Origin: Balanoglossus misakiensis
Taxonomy: Eukaryota; Animalia; Hemichordata
Assembly: GCA_040954595.2 (NCBI GenBank)
Contig: CM082597.2
Span: forward strand, 8,525,778 to 8,589,777
Direction of reading: 5' to 3'
DNA length: 64,000 bases
Shown in pieces: positions 15,720 to 28,807 of this stretch (its first letter is position 1; each line of letters starts with the position of its first letter). Made by a program: the position numbers and the translations under genes. Below the pieces are notes generated by a model. It saw nothing but the letters and a program-made list of their open reading frames with translations, was not told the origin of the DNA and ran no database searches.

Positions 15720-18570
15720 CTATATTGGTTAACTTGAAATAGCTTATGTACATAATTATTGTGTTAAAGTTTAATACTTCATTAGGTGTTTGAGTCCTAT
15801 AAATTTGAAGGCTGTATCTGCTGTGCATGCCAACTTATGGAAAAGTAGATCAAAGGTCATTGTCAAAATTAGCTAAATATTTTGGTTATTTCCTGGCAGC
15901 AGTAGAACTCATGTGAACAAAAGCATGACTGTTGTGCTTTTTAACAAGAAGCATATCCACGTACAATTAAGTTCTGGAAAAAATGGGTCAAAGGACATTC
16001 GAAAGTTGCCCAAAAATTGTAACATAATCTGGTCATATGGTGACTCGTATCTATTAAAAGGATTTGTGTAGGCTAGAAATATGAACTTTGTTTAAATCGA
16101 GTGTTTAGAAAATCCGATTTGGCTTTAATTAGGTTAAACCAATCACAATTCACTTGAAAACTTGATTAGAAAAAGATTTGTGAAATTTTTCATGAGATTT
16201 TTCAAAAATCCAATATGGCAACCAAAGTGACATGACCACTAATGATATTAGTGTCAAACATTGAACCGCACAGTAAATTAGAACTTGATTTGCCTTGTAG
16301 TTGTTGAAAAGATGTCAATTTTTAAGGGTTATCAGAATTTCCAATATGGTCGCCATTAAGAAGAAATGGGACGGGCCCAAGCGGTTAGCATGGTTCCAAC
16401 AGAAAACAAAGGCTGTTTCTGTTGTGGATGCCAAGAAATGGTAAAGTAAGCCAGAGGTCACACAAAATTGTGACATAAATTTTTGATCTTAAACTGATCA
16501 GTGTCCTACAAAAACCACACTTCTAAGTTCTATTTGTTTACTTGAAATAGCTTATGTACAAAAATGATTGTGTTAAAGTTTAAAACTTCATTAGGTGTTC
16601 CAGTCCACCTAATTTGAAGGCTATATCTGCTGTACATTCCAAGGCATGGGATAGTAGATCAAAGGTCAATGCCAAAATTATCAAAAGATTTGGGTTATGT
16701 CCTGGCAGCAGAAGTACTCATGTGAACAAAATCATGACTGTTGTGCTTTTTAACAAGAGGCATATCCACATAAAATAAGTTCTGGAATAACTTGATCAAA
16801 GGACAAGTGAGAGTCGCAAACAAATTGTTTAATCAATTTCTGTAAAAACTTGATCAAAGAACATGTGAAAGTAGTCTAATAATTGTGATATATTCTGGTC
16901 ATATGGTCACTCATATCCATAAAAAGAATTTGTGTGGTTTCAATGAGTAGGCTAGAAGTAGGAAATTTTAGTCTTTTATCGGAGATCAGAAAATCCAATT
17001 TGGCTCCAATAAGGTTTACCCAATAACAATTTACTTGAAAACTTGATTAGAAAAAGATTTTTGAAATTTTTCATGAGATTTTTCAAAAATCCAATATGGC
17101 AACCAAAGTGACATGACCACTAATGATATTATTGTCAAACATTGAACCGCACAGTAAATTAGAACTTTATTTGCCTTGTAGTTGTTGAAAAGATGTCAAT
17201 TTTTAAGGGTTATCAGAATATCCAATATGGTCGCCATTAAGAAGAAATGGGACGGGCCCAAGCGGTTAGCATGGTTCCAACAGAAAGCAAAGGCTGTTTT
17301 GTTGTGGATGCCAAGAAATGGTAAGTTAGCAAGAGGTCACGCAAAATTGTGACACAAATTTTTGATCTTAAACTGATAAGTATCCAACAAAAACCACACT
17401 TCTATAAGCTCTATTTGTTTACTTGAAATAGCTTATGTACAAAATTATTGTGTTAAAGTTTAATACTTCATTAGGTGTTCCAGTCCACCAAATTTGAAGG
17501 CTGTATCTGCTGTACATTCCAAGGCATGGGATAGTAGACCAAAGGTCATTGCCAAAATTATCAAGAGATTTGCGTTATGTCCTGGCAGCAGTAGTACTCA
17601 TGTGAACAAAATCATGACTGTTGTGCTTTTTAACAATAGGCATATCCACATAAAATAAGTTCTGGAATTACTGGATCAAAGGACATGCGAGAGACGCAAA
17701 CAAATTGTTTAATCGAGTTCTGTAAAAACTTGATTAAGGATATGTGAAAGTAGTCTAATAATTGTGATATATTCTGGTCACATGGTGACTCATATCAATA
17801 AAAAGAATTTGTGTGGTTTCAATGAGTAGGCTAGAAATAGGAAATTTTAGTCTTTTATCGGAGATCATAAAATCCAATTTGGCTCCAATAAGGTTTTACT
17901 AATCACAATTCACTTGAAAACTTGATTAGAAATAGATTTTTGAAAACAAATTTATGATATTTTTCAAAAATCCAATTATGCATCCAAAGCCACATGAACA
18001 CTACTGATATTATTGTCAAACATTGAACCGCACAGTAAATTAGAACTTGATTGGCCCTGTAGTTTATGAAAAAAAATGTCAACTTTTAAAGGTTATCCGA
18101 AAATCCAATATGGCCGCCATGAAGAAGACAATTAAAACATTAACTAAAAGCAGCATTTTAGGGACCAAAATGGTTAGCATGGTTCCAACAGAAAGCAAAG
18201 GCTGTATCTGTTATGGATGCTGAGAAATGGTAAGTAAGCCAAAGGTCACGCAAATTTAGGCCAACAAATTTTGATATCAAACTGAGCTGTGTCCAACTGA
18301 AAATAGACTTCTAAGCTCTATTGGTTAACTTGAAATAGCTTATGTACATAATTATTGTGTTAAAGTTTAATACTTCATTAGGTGTTTCAGTCCTCCAAAT
18401 TTGAAGGCTGTATCTGCTGTGCATGGCAACTTATGGAAAAGTACATCAAAGGTCATTGCCAAAATTATCAAAATATTTGGGATATGTCCTGGAAGCAGTA
18501 GTACTCATGTGAACAAAATCATGACTGTTGGGCTCTTTAACAAGATGCATATCTATGTATAATTTACTTC
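15720..18570. repeat. Tandem satellite, ~0.8-0.9 kb unit, ~3.3 copies
   Basis: Motif ACTTGAAATAGCTTATGTACA..GTGTTAAAGTTTAATACTTCATTAGGTG recurs at ~15732, ~16540, ~17421 and ~18327 with collinear downstream sequence. Confidence 0.93.
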
Positions 18571-20363
18571 TTAAAAAATAATGTAAATGACACTGTGGTG
18601 CCATTTGGGGATTACACAGAAATTAGGTATTCGCCAGAATTAAAATAACGGACGACATTGGCAAGCATATATAGCATTACTATTTAAATACTATGGAAAC
18701 TATGCCCAATCAAGTGTTATGTGTCACAGCAATCTTACAAGCAGCACTAAAAAACAACAACTGATTTTTGTCCAAAAACTGTCTGTAAAAATACATGCAA
18801 GTATGACAAGCTAATTAGTCCAATCAGACAGAGGCATTCACTGACCTACCACCAGTTTATAATAAAATAGCTGGTGGTCCCTGTAACAGCTGGACCATTA
18901 AAATTATATAAGGAAGTTCAATTAAAAATTTACTCCAAGATTGCCGTTTATTTTTCTGATAAAAATGTTTATATATCTTAGTAGGTTATAATAAAGAAAA
19001 TTAGCAAAATCGGTTCACCGGTTTTCAAGGTACAAAGGCATCAAATAATACTGAGTATCTTCAACATTTTTCAAAGAATTTTACCCAATTATATAAAAAT
19101 GCAAGATTCACAGAAGATTACGTCTTTCAGTTTTACAGGAGATCATCTTAACTTGTAAAAAATATATCTCTACTTTTTGCATGGCACCATGGCAAAATAT
19201 GAAAATTTGCAATTTTTGATGTTCTGTATCTCAATCAGGTTTTATCTTATTTTCACGAAATTTTCAGATTATATTACAATATATGTGCAGATACACATAG
19301 TGACTTAAGTTTTTGATATCTGGATTATAATTTAAATTCCCAGGCGCTCAAATATGGTAAACCTAGCATTTTAACATTGCAAATGGGCGGCCATATTGGG
19401 TTGACATTTCATTAGATGGCAATATTTGTTTATACACTGCAATTTGCTGAAAATCAGTTCAATCACTGTAGTAAGTGGAAATATTTAAATTCTTGTAAAT
19501 TTTTAGCAATCATAAAGCTGATATTACTACCAAAAATAATATTTTATACAGTTACTTCTGGAAGGCAAAAATTGCCATCATTCAAGTCAAAGTCTCAGAT
19601 CAGCTCTTATGCTTGCCTGTGTCGAGCGGATATCAAAAGTGGAGAAAGTTGGATAGTTTAATTTCTACATGTTACCTGTACTATCCTTGTAGACTATTAC
19701 CATTAACAAGAATTTCATATTAAATTTTGGTATGATATGCATGGAAAGACTGGCTGGCTATAAATCATAAAAATGGACGCCGTTGCACCATACAGTTTTT
19801 ACTGCACACACACGTATTTTAAGCAAACTGTGTCTTTCATGTATTCCACTTTTCTCCCTTCCTTGCTTGCTTTTTCTATTTCTTTTCTGACTGTGTCTTT
19901 ATGAAATTACTGATATTTTTTGGTAATCCAATTTTTGGCTCAAATAAATGTACTAGAGCTGGTAAGGTTTCCTGAACATTAATCCCTGTATCTTTAACAC
20001 AGATGTGCAAGTTCATATAAAGTTCATTGGTTAAAGGAATATTATGAGCTGATACATTTACTAAGCTCTTCTTTCCAGTTAGAAGCTCTGCTATATTATC
20101 AACTACTCTTAAAGCTACTTCAATAATGTTGCCTGTGCACATTGACAATCAAAATATCCATTAGTTAGACAACATATTTGGTTGGGTATTTACAGAATAA
20201 TTACTTTAATTCCATGCATACTCTACCTAAACTCAAATTAGAATATATAACTGAAATTATAATTATACACAGGTCTATGAAATGCTAAGAAAATGTAAAA
20301 TCTAGGAAAGAACACCTATGGGCATTCAGCTCTTAGCAGATAACATCAGTCACTTTGAAGACA

Positions 20364-22198
20364 TGTCACTTCCCAGACTTTACTAAAAAAACTTCCAACT
20401 CTGAAGTGAAACGCATCTCCAAAAAATCCAATATGGCAACCATGAAGAAGACAATTAAAGCAACATGCTGCATTGGAGGGACCAAAGCGGTTAGCATGGT
20501 TCCAACAGAAAGCAAAGGCTGTATCTGTTATGGATGCTGAGAAATGGTAAGTAAGCCAGAGGTCACGCAAATTTGGGCCAACAAATTTTGATATCAAACT
20601 GAGCTGTGTCCAACTGAAAATAGACTTCTAAGGCTGCATTCACAAACACCTCTGGAGGGGGGGGGGGCAGGAGAATTGAGGGGGGGGATTTGAAAAAATT
20701 GAGGGTATGTAAGGGGGGGATTTGAAATAATTTAGGGACTGAAAGGGGGGGACTTGAAAACTTTAACGACTAAATATTTATTTTGAGTCCACAAAAATGC
20801 AGTTTCGCGCCCTTTATTTTACAAAATTTTCTAATGTGGGAGGGGGACACCCCCTCCCACACCCACCCCCTCCATTTATCAACACCTTTCAATCATTGAC
20901 TGGTTTATCTAGTGTCCCAGATCAGGGGACTTGCCCCACCCCATGATAACTTTGAGCGGCGACGGTTAAATTTGTCCTCCCCAACATACCGGTAGTTGAG
21001 TTTATTTGCTTTTGCCGGGTTCATTAAAATGCAACTTTGAGCTCTGTATTTTAGAAAATTTTCTTACGTGGGAGGGGGACACCCCCTCCCAAACCCACCC
21101 CCTTCAATTCTCGGTTTACAATGTCTCCCAACACAGAATACAAATATGTACTTAAAAAATAAAAACAATGTTCAGTTCTAATACCCACTGATGAGGGGAA
21201 ACATCAGCTTCAAATTCTTTTCATGGGAGCGCTGTTTTTCTTTTTACAAGATAGATAGGTGATGTGTTTTGCTCTGTGAAAGAAAATGGGGGGGGGATTT
21301 CAAAATTTTGGCAGTTCGGAAGGGGGGGATTTGAAAATATTGGCAGTTCGGAAGGGGGGTGTGTGAAAATTAGCGGTAAAAAAAATTTAATTCTCCCGCC
21401 CCCCCCCCTCCAGAGGTGTTTGTGAATGCAGCCTAAGCTCTATTGGTTAACTTGAAATAGCTTATGTACATAATTATCGTGTTAAAGTTTAATACTTCAT
21501 CAGGTGTTCCAGTCCACCAAATTTGAAGGCTGTATCTGCTGTATATTCCAAGGCATGGGATAGTAGATCAAAGGTCATTGCCAAAATTATCAAAAGATTT
21601 GGGTATTGTCCTGGCAGCAGTAGTACTCATGTGAACAAAATCATGACTGTTGTGCTTTTTAACAAGAGGCATATCCACATAAACTAAGTTCTGGAATTAC
21701 TGGATCAAAGGACATGCGAGAGTCGCAAACAAATTGTTTAATCAAGTTCTGTAAAATCTTGATCAAAGAACATGTGAAAGTAGTCTAATAATTGTGATAT
21801 ATTCTGGTCATATGGTCACTCATATCCATAAAAAGAATTTGTGTGGTTTCAATGAGCAGGCTAGAAATAGGAAATTTTAGTCTTTTATCGAAGATCAGAA
21901 AATCCAATTTGTCTTTAATAAGGTTTACCCAATCACAATTTACTTGAAAACTTGATTAGAAATAGATTTTTGAAATTTTTTTAATGATATTTTTTCAAAA
22001 ATCCAAAGCCACATGACCACTAATGATATTATTGTCAAACATTGAACCGCACAGTAAATTAGAACTTGATTGGCCCTGTAGTTTTTGAAAAAAATGTCAA
22101 CTTTTAAAGGTTATCCGAAAATCCAATATGGCTGCTATGAAGAAGACAATGTCACTTCCCAGACTTTACTAAAAAAAACTTGAAGTGAAACGCATCAC
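20364..22198. repeat. Further copy of the same satellite, interrupted by a MITE
   Basis: 20420-20631 and 21434-22150 match the 15.7-18.6 kb unit; GTCACTTCCCAGACTTTACTAAAAAA occurs at both ends (~20365, ~22151). Confidence 0.88.
20632..21433. mobile_element. 802-bp MITE with TAA TSD (PIF/Harbinger-Tourist- or Zator-like)
   Basis: Perfect TIR GGCTGCATTCACAAACACCTCTGGAGGGGGGGG; TAA on both sides; empty site TTC-TAA-GCTC visible in the paralogous satellite unit at ~18309-18318. Confidence 0.93.
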
Positions 22199-22399
22199 CA
22201 AGTTGCATACACAATAGTATTATATACTGTTAGAGATTTATAATGGTTTAAGTGAAAAAAAATAAAGAGATGTAAACACCCCTGCCATTTATTCAGTGCC
22301 ATGTAATGCTGCCATTATGCACTGATTGACTGTAGCCACTTTCCCAGTAGGAGGAAAAAGACTTTAATGGCAACACCAACATATGACGTTAACAATCAG

Positions 22400-23590
22400 G
22401 AAGAAACGAAAGTTACTCAGTTTTTGGCATTTTATTTTTATTTGCAAGATCGAGAAATTAAAATATGACAAGTTTAGAAATCAATCAAATTACACAAAAT
22501 TTCCCACTTCGTATGGCGGCCATATTGGATTCTAAACTCCCTAGTAATATAAACATATAGTGTACTTAGTGAGTCTCAGTATAGGGTAATCAACACAATG
22601 AGACAAAAACTTGGGTTACCCATTCGAATATTCGTATCAAATTTCAAAGCAATCCCATATGCAGTTTCAGAAAAAATCAGTATTTTCTCCAAAATTGTAC
22701 AATATCTTACTTCAATCGCTTCAGGGAACATGCCTACCAAAGCTCAAGGCAATCTGACATGCAGTTTGAAAGAAAATAATTTAATCAAGTATTTTTTTAA
22801 ACATCTCATTTAATTATCCCCAAGGAACAGGCCTACAAAATTTAAAAGCAATCTCACCAGCGGTTTTAGAGAAAACAATTGTTGTCCAAAAATGGCAAAA
22901 ATTGCTACAAAATTATAAATATGCACATTTTTCATCAACCAGGTTTTCATCAACTGGGACCACACATACAAAAGTATGATTCAAAGCAACACGACTCTTG
23001 GAGAAAAATTGCTTGTCACCCTGGTCAAAGAATTGGCTTTACTAAAACATCAAATTGGTTATCTCTCAAAGCTAAAAGGGTTATCACCAACAAACAGATT
23101 ACAATGCCTGAGTTAAAATGTTTAAGACATTTTCTTTATTTGTGGTTTTGGTTTTATCGGTTTTCCCAATAAAAATTAGCATAATTTTTTAAGTATGACA
23201 ACGGAGAGGTGGAAATCTCACCAGAAAAGCGAAAATACGCCAACCACATGTAAACAGTAAAATAAAAAAACCTTGCAAACACCGAGTTGTCTCGTATAAA
23301 AACCTCAAAAAACGTATGGAATTATGCATGGAAAGATACCGTCGTCTTCCGACCTTCCGCTAAACAAAAACTATACGTATGGAACTATCGTTCCGTCCAC
23401 CAGCAAAGAGACTTTCCGGAGAAAAACGTTCTCTACCCGTACCTTATGTCGCCACACAGACGTCCCATTTTGGCACAACCGTTCGACAGTATGGTCGACT
23501 ATTTTGACACTAAAAATCCTGCAGCGCTGATATCCTTTTCAATCTCACAAACTGGCCCTACTTGCGCTTAGGCAAGAGGCCTAGCAATAA
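22400..23590 (+). mobile_element. Helentron/DINE-1-like non-autonomous repeat (approximate bounds)
   Basis: Same GGAACATGCCTACCAAA/AAAGCAATCT motifs; terminal hairpin CTTGC-gcttag-GCAAG followed by GCCTAGCAATAA at ~23560-23590. Confidence 0.4.
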
Positions 23591-24378
23591 AAATCTCACA
23601 AAATATAACCCTATAAATATGACTAGACTTTCTCGATTATGACTTCCTGGTCTCCTGATTCGGTAGCCAGCGCATCCATACCCAGAATAGCCGAGAGGCT
23701 AGCTACACGCCCGTAGCTCGGAATTGTTTCTGGAATTAGACCTACTTCTGTACAACTACAAGGTGTTGTACGGATAGCTGCAAATCACCCAATACCAGAC
23801 AAAACAATCGAGCGACGGTAACGTAGCTATATAGGCGATTGTACTAAAAGCAACGACTGGAATATGAGCTTACCGAAAAGACGTCTTGATCCCGCGGCAA
23901 GTAGAAGGAAAGTGGTTGAAACCGGAAACGGGTCAATGATCACCTGTTGTTATGGTGAGTAGAACGTGTTACCCAATCACAGACCAAAGTTAGCATTACG
24001 ACACACTAATGAATATGCATACATGCTACAGCTGCATATTTTATTTCTTTAGAACGCTCTGGAACATGCTCGCATTCGAAAGAATATCTCATTTGCTTCT
24101 TGAGTGTGAGTGCATCATTGTCTACACAATAAATATCGGGGGGGGGGGCACAGTGGGTAATTTCTACCACAGCCACGCATTTCAAACCAGGCAAGCGAAC
24201 TGCAAACTTCCGGTGTCTGAGCAACGGGTTTGATGTGCCTTGTGTTGTGCACACTATAATACTTATGTGTCAGTTTGGTCAGTCAGACCACAATACCCGA
24301 GATCGTAAAATGCTTGGGTTAGGTCATGTCGAGGAGGCTGCAACTGCGGCCACAGGTCAAGTCGGTGTGTGTTGTAAA

Positions 24379-26512
24379 AGACGTATTTCATGTGGGACCA
24401 AAATTTGTGTCCTAAACCCTTGCGTCGCTCACGGTGATTGGTAGCTCTAATGTCCCTATGTCCCCTTTCCGTTCAGTCATTGGCTGCCTATACGTCATTT
24501 CGTCTCATTAGTATTTACTGTTCCGAATTCAGCTCATTCATTGGCTGCTTTACGTTATTGTCCCTTGCCTCACTTTCGAGTGTTCATTGCCTCGTTCTTT
24601 TATGTGCTCCTCACCGTCACGTAATATGCGGGACAAGCCAAAGACTCCCAAACTCCAGGTGTTTCAATCTTGACTTTGTGAAGCCGCCAATTTTCCCCAA
24701 CTAAAAAGAAACGTGGGCCTAGGAGCGACGTGATTGAATCATGGAAACTGTTTCGGGCAACAGAAACCCCAAGAGCATATTGACACTTTGCGATTTTTAA
24801 ACCATCTTTTCATTTTTCCCCTTTTCAGTGTTTGTTTTGACGTTACCAAACACATTGTCAAGCTAACGCAAACAATAAAATCGCGTGGCTGAAAAATACT
24901 CTGTAATACCAATGTCTCTGCGCGCGCGCGCGCACACCCACACACGTCAGCGCAGTTGCATATTTCGAATATAACAAGTACAAAAAACACATCATTATTT
25001 TATTTTAAAGATCTTTAGCTTAGCTAGTAGATTTGCGCCAAGACTCAACGCATGAAACGATACAATCTGATATGTCGCTGGGCTAAAAATGCGCACACTT
25101 CTACAATAATCGGCATTAGCCAACGTGGGTGACGATAAACAGAATTAATTGCCCTATAAGTTTTCATATATTTTATGGCATGTTCAACATAAACTCGGGC
25201 AAAATTAAATTCTCTAGTGAATACGAGCATCTCTGGGCGGTACGGACCACGCAACTCACGGGTTGGAAATCTCGTTAATAGCGGATACATATTTGGGTAT
25301 CCTTGGTCAGCCAAAAAATATACATCTCGTGGAATCTGCAATTCACCTTCCAACCCTATCGATGGTAACAATCTGTACTGCATGGCATCATTAGCATGTC
25401 CCAGAAATCCCGACTGAATGAAAATAATGTTACATTGATTGTCCACAATAACTTGGGTGCTCATTGCATGATGACGAGCCCAAGAGAGACCACCACAGGG
25501 CTGTACCATCTAGTGCGAGAGGCCCATGAATTATATGTGGACTTCTTGAGAAACACTCTCCCTGACACTATGGCGAATGTAAACCGCGCGCTGGATCGCC
25601 TCAACGACCACTTAGACAGATTGTGAGCACATAACACGAATAAAATATTTTTTTATCTGTCACCTAATATTTGTCATTTATCTGGTTTTTTTTAATATTC
25701 CCCACCACCAATGCAACAGCCCCTTACATGAAGACTTGGCCTTTTAGTGATAGTATGTTGTATCGATAAAGAGCATATTGCAAACATATTGAAGGAAATG
25801 CCAATACAATTGCCAGGAAACAAATAGCGAGAGCACAAACATTTCCCAGAGTTCCGCTGTTGAATATATCTTTTTTTTATCTTTATACTGCCCAAATATG
25901 TTTTTATTTTCTAGGAATAGAAAAAAAAACACATATTTGACATTCAGGGGGTACCTAGACTCTATGGCAGTCGCTGTGCCTGTCGATAAGGAATGAAATT
26001 TTCATACTGCATACGACGCGCCGCCGCGCCGCGCCGCGCCAGGCAAAGCCACTAGCGACTGTGTGATTAGCGTCGCGTCCATATGACGTTCTAGCGGACG
26101 CGCATTTCAGTATTGGGGCAAGACTAGGGAATGGCCCGTATATTTGACGCCGGAGCTTCATGACACGGTGACAAACAATAGGGTGCAGCGCAGGTGCAAA
26201 ACAAATTTAGTCTTTACATATGTTTCGACCATGCTCTGTCGGGTAATGATTGGCTAGTCCCGCATATTACGTGACGGTGAGGAGCACATAAAAGAACGAG
26301 GCAATGAACACTCGAAAGTGAGGCAAGGGACAAGAACGTAAAGCAGCCAATGGATGAGCTGAATTCGGAACAGTAAATACTAATGAGACGAAATGACGTA
26401 TAGGCAGCCAATGACTGAACGGAAAGGGGACATAGGGACATTAGAGCTACCAATCACCGTGAGCGACGCAGGGGTTTAGGACACAAATTGTGGTCCCACA
26501 TGAAATACGTCT
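24379..26512. mobile_element. Internally deleted PIF/Harbinger-ISL2EU (PHIS) DNA transposon with 263-bp TIRs
   Basis: 24379-24641 and 26250-26512 are inverted copies with 5 mismatches seen by eye; encloses a DDE_Tnp_4-type transposase fragment; no clean TSD. Confidence 0.9.
25045..25478 (-). pseudogene. 5'-truncated Harbinger/HARBI1-like DDE transposase (DDE_Tnp_4) C-terminal half
   Basis: Motifs H..STQVIVD, SGFLGHANDA, YFLADQGYP, REFNFARVYVEHAIKYMKTYR (2nd D and E of the triad); first catalytic D region absent; AATAAA on minus strand ~24995-25005. Confidence 0.88.
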
Positions 26513-26659
26513 AGTCAAACATGGTAAATGCGTCCCGAACAGCAACACGCTCGCTCTACCCACAGTCACTGTGCTCTACCTTACTGTCGATCGTTTCCAT
26601 GTCAGTTTTACGTTGGCTCGTTACAATGCCCCTATGCTTATCGTAATTCCGGGATCGTA

Positions 26660-27135
26660 ATTATTATTTTATTATTATTATGATTATTAGTTATCTTTAT
26701 TTCAGACACAACCGTCCATAGAAATAGGTTACAAAAAAAACTGACACAAACACTAGAAAAGTAATAAATAAAATAAATGTAAAGAATATAATAGTTTTAA
26801 GAATCAATGTAAAATGTCAATCCAGTGGGCATAAAGCGCATATCACATGACACAAGGCGATTGATCAAGACATTGGGACTAGCACAGAGACGAACAGAAA
26901 AATTAAAAGCGACTTTTCTTCTCATGACGAGAAGCAGCTTACGGCGTTTAGAACAAATGTTTTAGAGGCACTTTCGTGTCCGGGGTGACCAAGAAGTCTT
27001 CGAAGTGAATTATTGTGACATAAGATGATATTCTGGATATTATACGAATTAAAATCGCACCATAAATGAGAGACATAAATTTTATTACAAAAGGCATTAA
27101 ATGAACGCAATTTCACATCGACAGAACACGAATTG
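26660..27135 (-). mobile_element. 5'-truncated non-LTR retrotransposon 3' end (RTE-X-like LINE)
   Basis: Degenerate ORF2 C-terminus CSVDVKLRSFNAFCNKIYVSHLW...HNNSLRRLLGHPGHESASKTFV...; AATAAAG plus (ATA)n tail at 26660-26702 on minus strand. Confidence 0.72.
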
Positions 27136-28801
27136 GACTTTCTCAGGAGAAAATTAGGCCTAGCCCTTCCACACGTTATGTATTCGTGCTATGATAGTCC
27201 CACTGATCTGACGACACGCTCGCTTTTATTGTGGCCTTTTGTCCCGTTCGCCAGCACTGTGTATAGGCCTGCGTTTACCGTTAACACACTATTCCGTTCG
27301 CCAACTTTACTGAACTGCAAATTGAAGAATCGGTTTGCGGCTAGGCCGAAACGGCCGGGGTCGCGTACATTACAGGCCGAACCGATAAGATTAAGTGCCG
27401 TAACGACTTGCTACCAACTGGGAAGGCTACGAGCCAAGAGCATATTGCAGCTCAGTGTGACAGGGCCGGTGGTGTGTCTTACGGGCGATGTCTCCACACA
27501 CTGTACTGCTCTGTTTGATAAGAGTGTCCAAGCTTCGGACAAGGGTCATGTTCGGACTTATGTCTTAACTTTGTAAACACATTACCAAAGTACAACCCAC
27601 CCATGTTTGCAGAGAAATTAGATGAAGTCACATGGCGGAGTTCTCATCCTATCGGGATGCGTTTATCTCGGAATCGGCTGCTTTTCCATCGTCGAGTTTG
27701 TTTTCATGTCCGATTCACAGTCTAGTTATATGATGATCCCTGGTTGATATATATTTTTTTCGGGCGGGGGGGGGGGGGGTCATGGGATCGATAATTCGAG
27801 GCAGGAGAAGAAATATGTCGACAGCGCAAATTGCCATTTTCTCGCTTTGTTTCGTCGATTGTGACAACTTCAAAAGAATTAAACTTCGCTCTGCATTGGC
27901 CGATGGGTCTTAAATTTTACCCATCTAACAAAACGACTTTGTAGTCGATAAAGTGCTCCCAGCTGGAATAAACGTTGATTCAATTCGACTCATCATGAAT
28001 TTGATCCAATTTTCTAAAAACCTAACTTGCGGGCGCTGTTACTTCTCAATGGACGCTGGAAACGTAACACAAACTGGTCGTTTTTTCATACTTGTGCTCT
28101 AAGTAGGATGTGTGGCCAACATTGTGACTTAATTTTTTGTTATTGACCTAATACCAAACGAGCTGATATGACCTTGTTTCGAAAAACTGTCCCAAAACTG
28201 CCAAACTCGAATATTCAAACATCACCAAAATTGTACAATATCTTACATCAATCAGTATGAGGAACATGCTTACCAAAGTTCAGAGCAATTTAACAGGTGG
28301 TTTCACAAACAAAATCTTCTGACGAAAAATTGCAACCTATAGGCAGCTTTATACTGAATTTTTAGAGAAATCGGCCAATCACTTTCATAGAAGATGTGGA
28401 AAAAATGACACAAGTCATAAAAAGTAGAAAATTAACGATATTAGGTTCAAACTTATAGAGCTCTGTGATGTTGGTAGTAGATATATGCATACCAATTTTC
28501 AGAGCAATCTGACCAGTAGTTTCCAGCTAATGTGTCTGAGAACAGCCAAAACAGAGAACAGAACAGCCAAAGTGAGAGAACAGAATAGCCAAAACTATCA
28601 ACAGCGTTTAACTCCACATCTGTAAGCAGACAATTTGTTGGAGCGATATTCAGGTCCAAGAAAACTCAAACTTTAATCAGACAGAACATACTGGTCATCA
28701 CAATTGCCTTCTGATTGGAATCTGTATGGAAAAGCAACAACAAATACTGATCCTTGTCTGAAATCAAAGAGACAGACAAAAGCACTCATTTTATCAGAAT
28801 A

Positions 28802-28807
28802 TTTATT
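28802..28807 (-). promoter_or_regulatory. Candidate polyadenylation signal of the minus-strand gene
   Basis: AATAAA on minus strand ~1.1 kb downstream of the last Thr-rich exon; position only. Confidence 0.3.

Noticed and set aside
24438-26453. Twin near-identical ORFs MVALMSLCPLSV... on opposite strands
   Set aside because: Translations of the two TIRs
27133-27576. 147-aa ORF
   Set aside because: TTG start, no domain; expected by chance in GC-richer DNA
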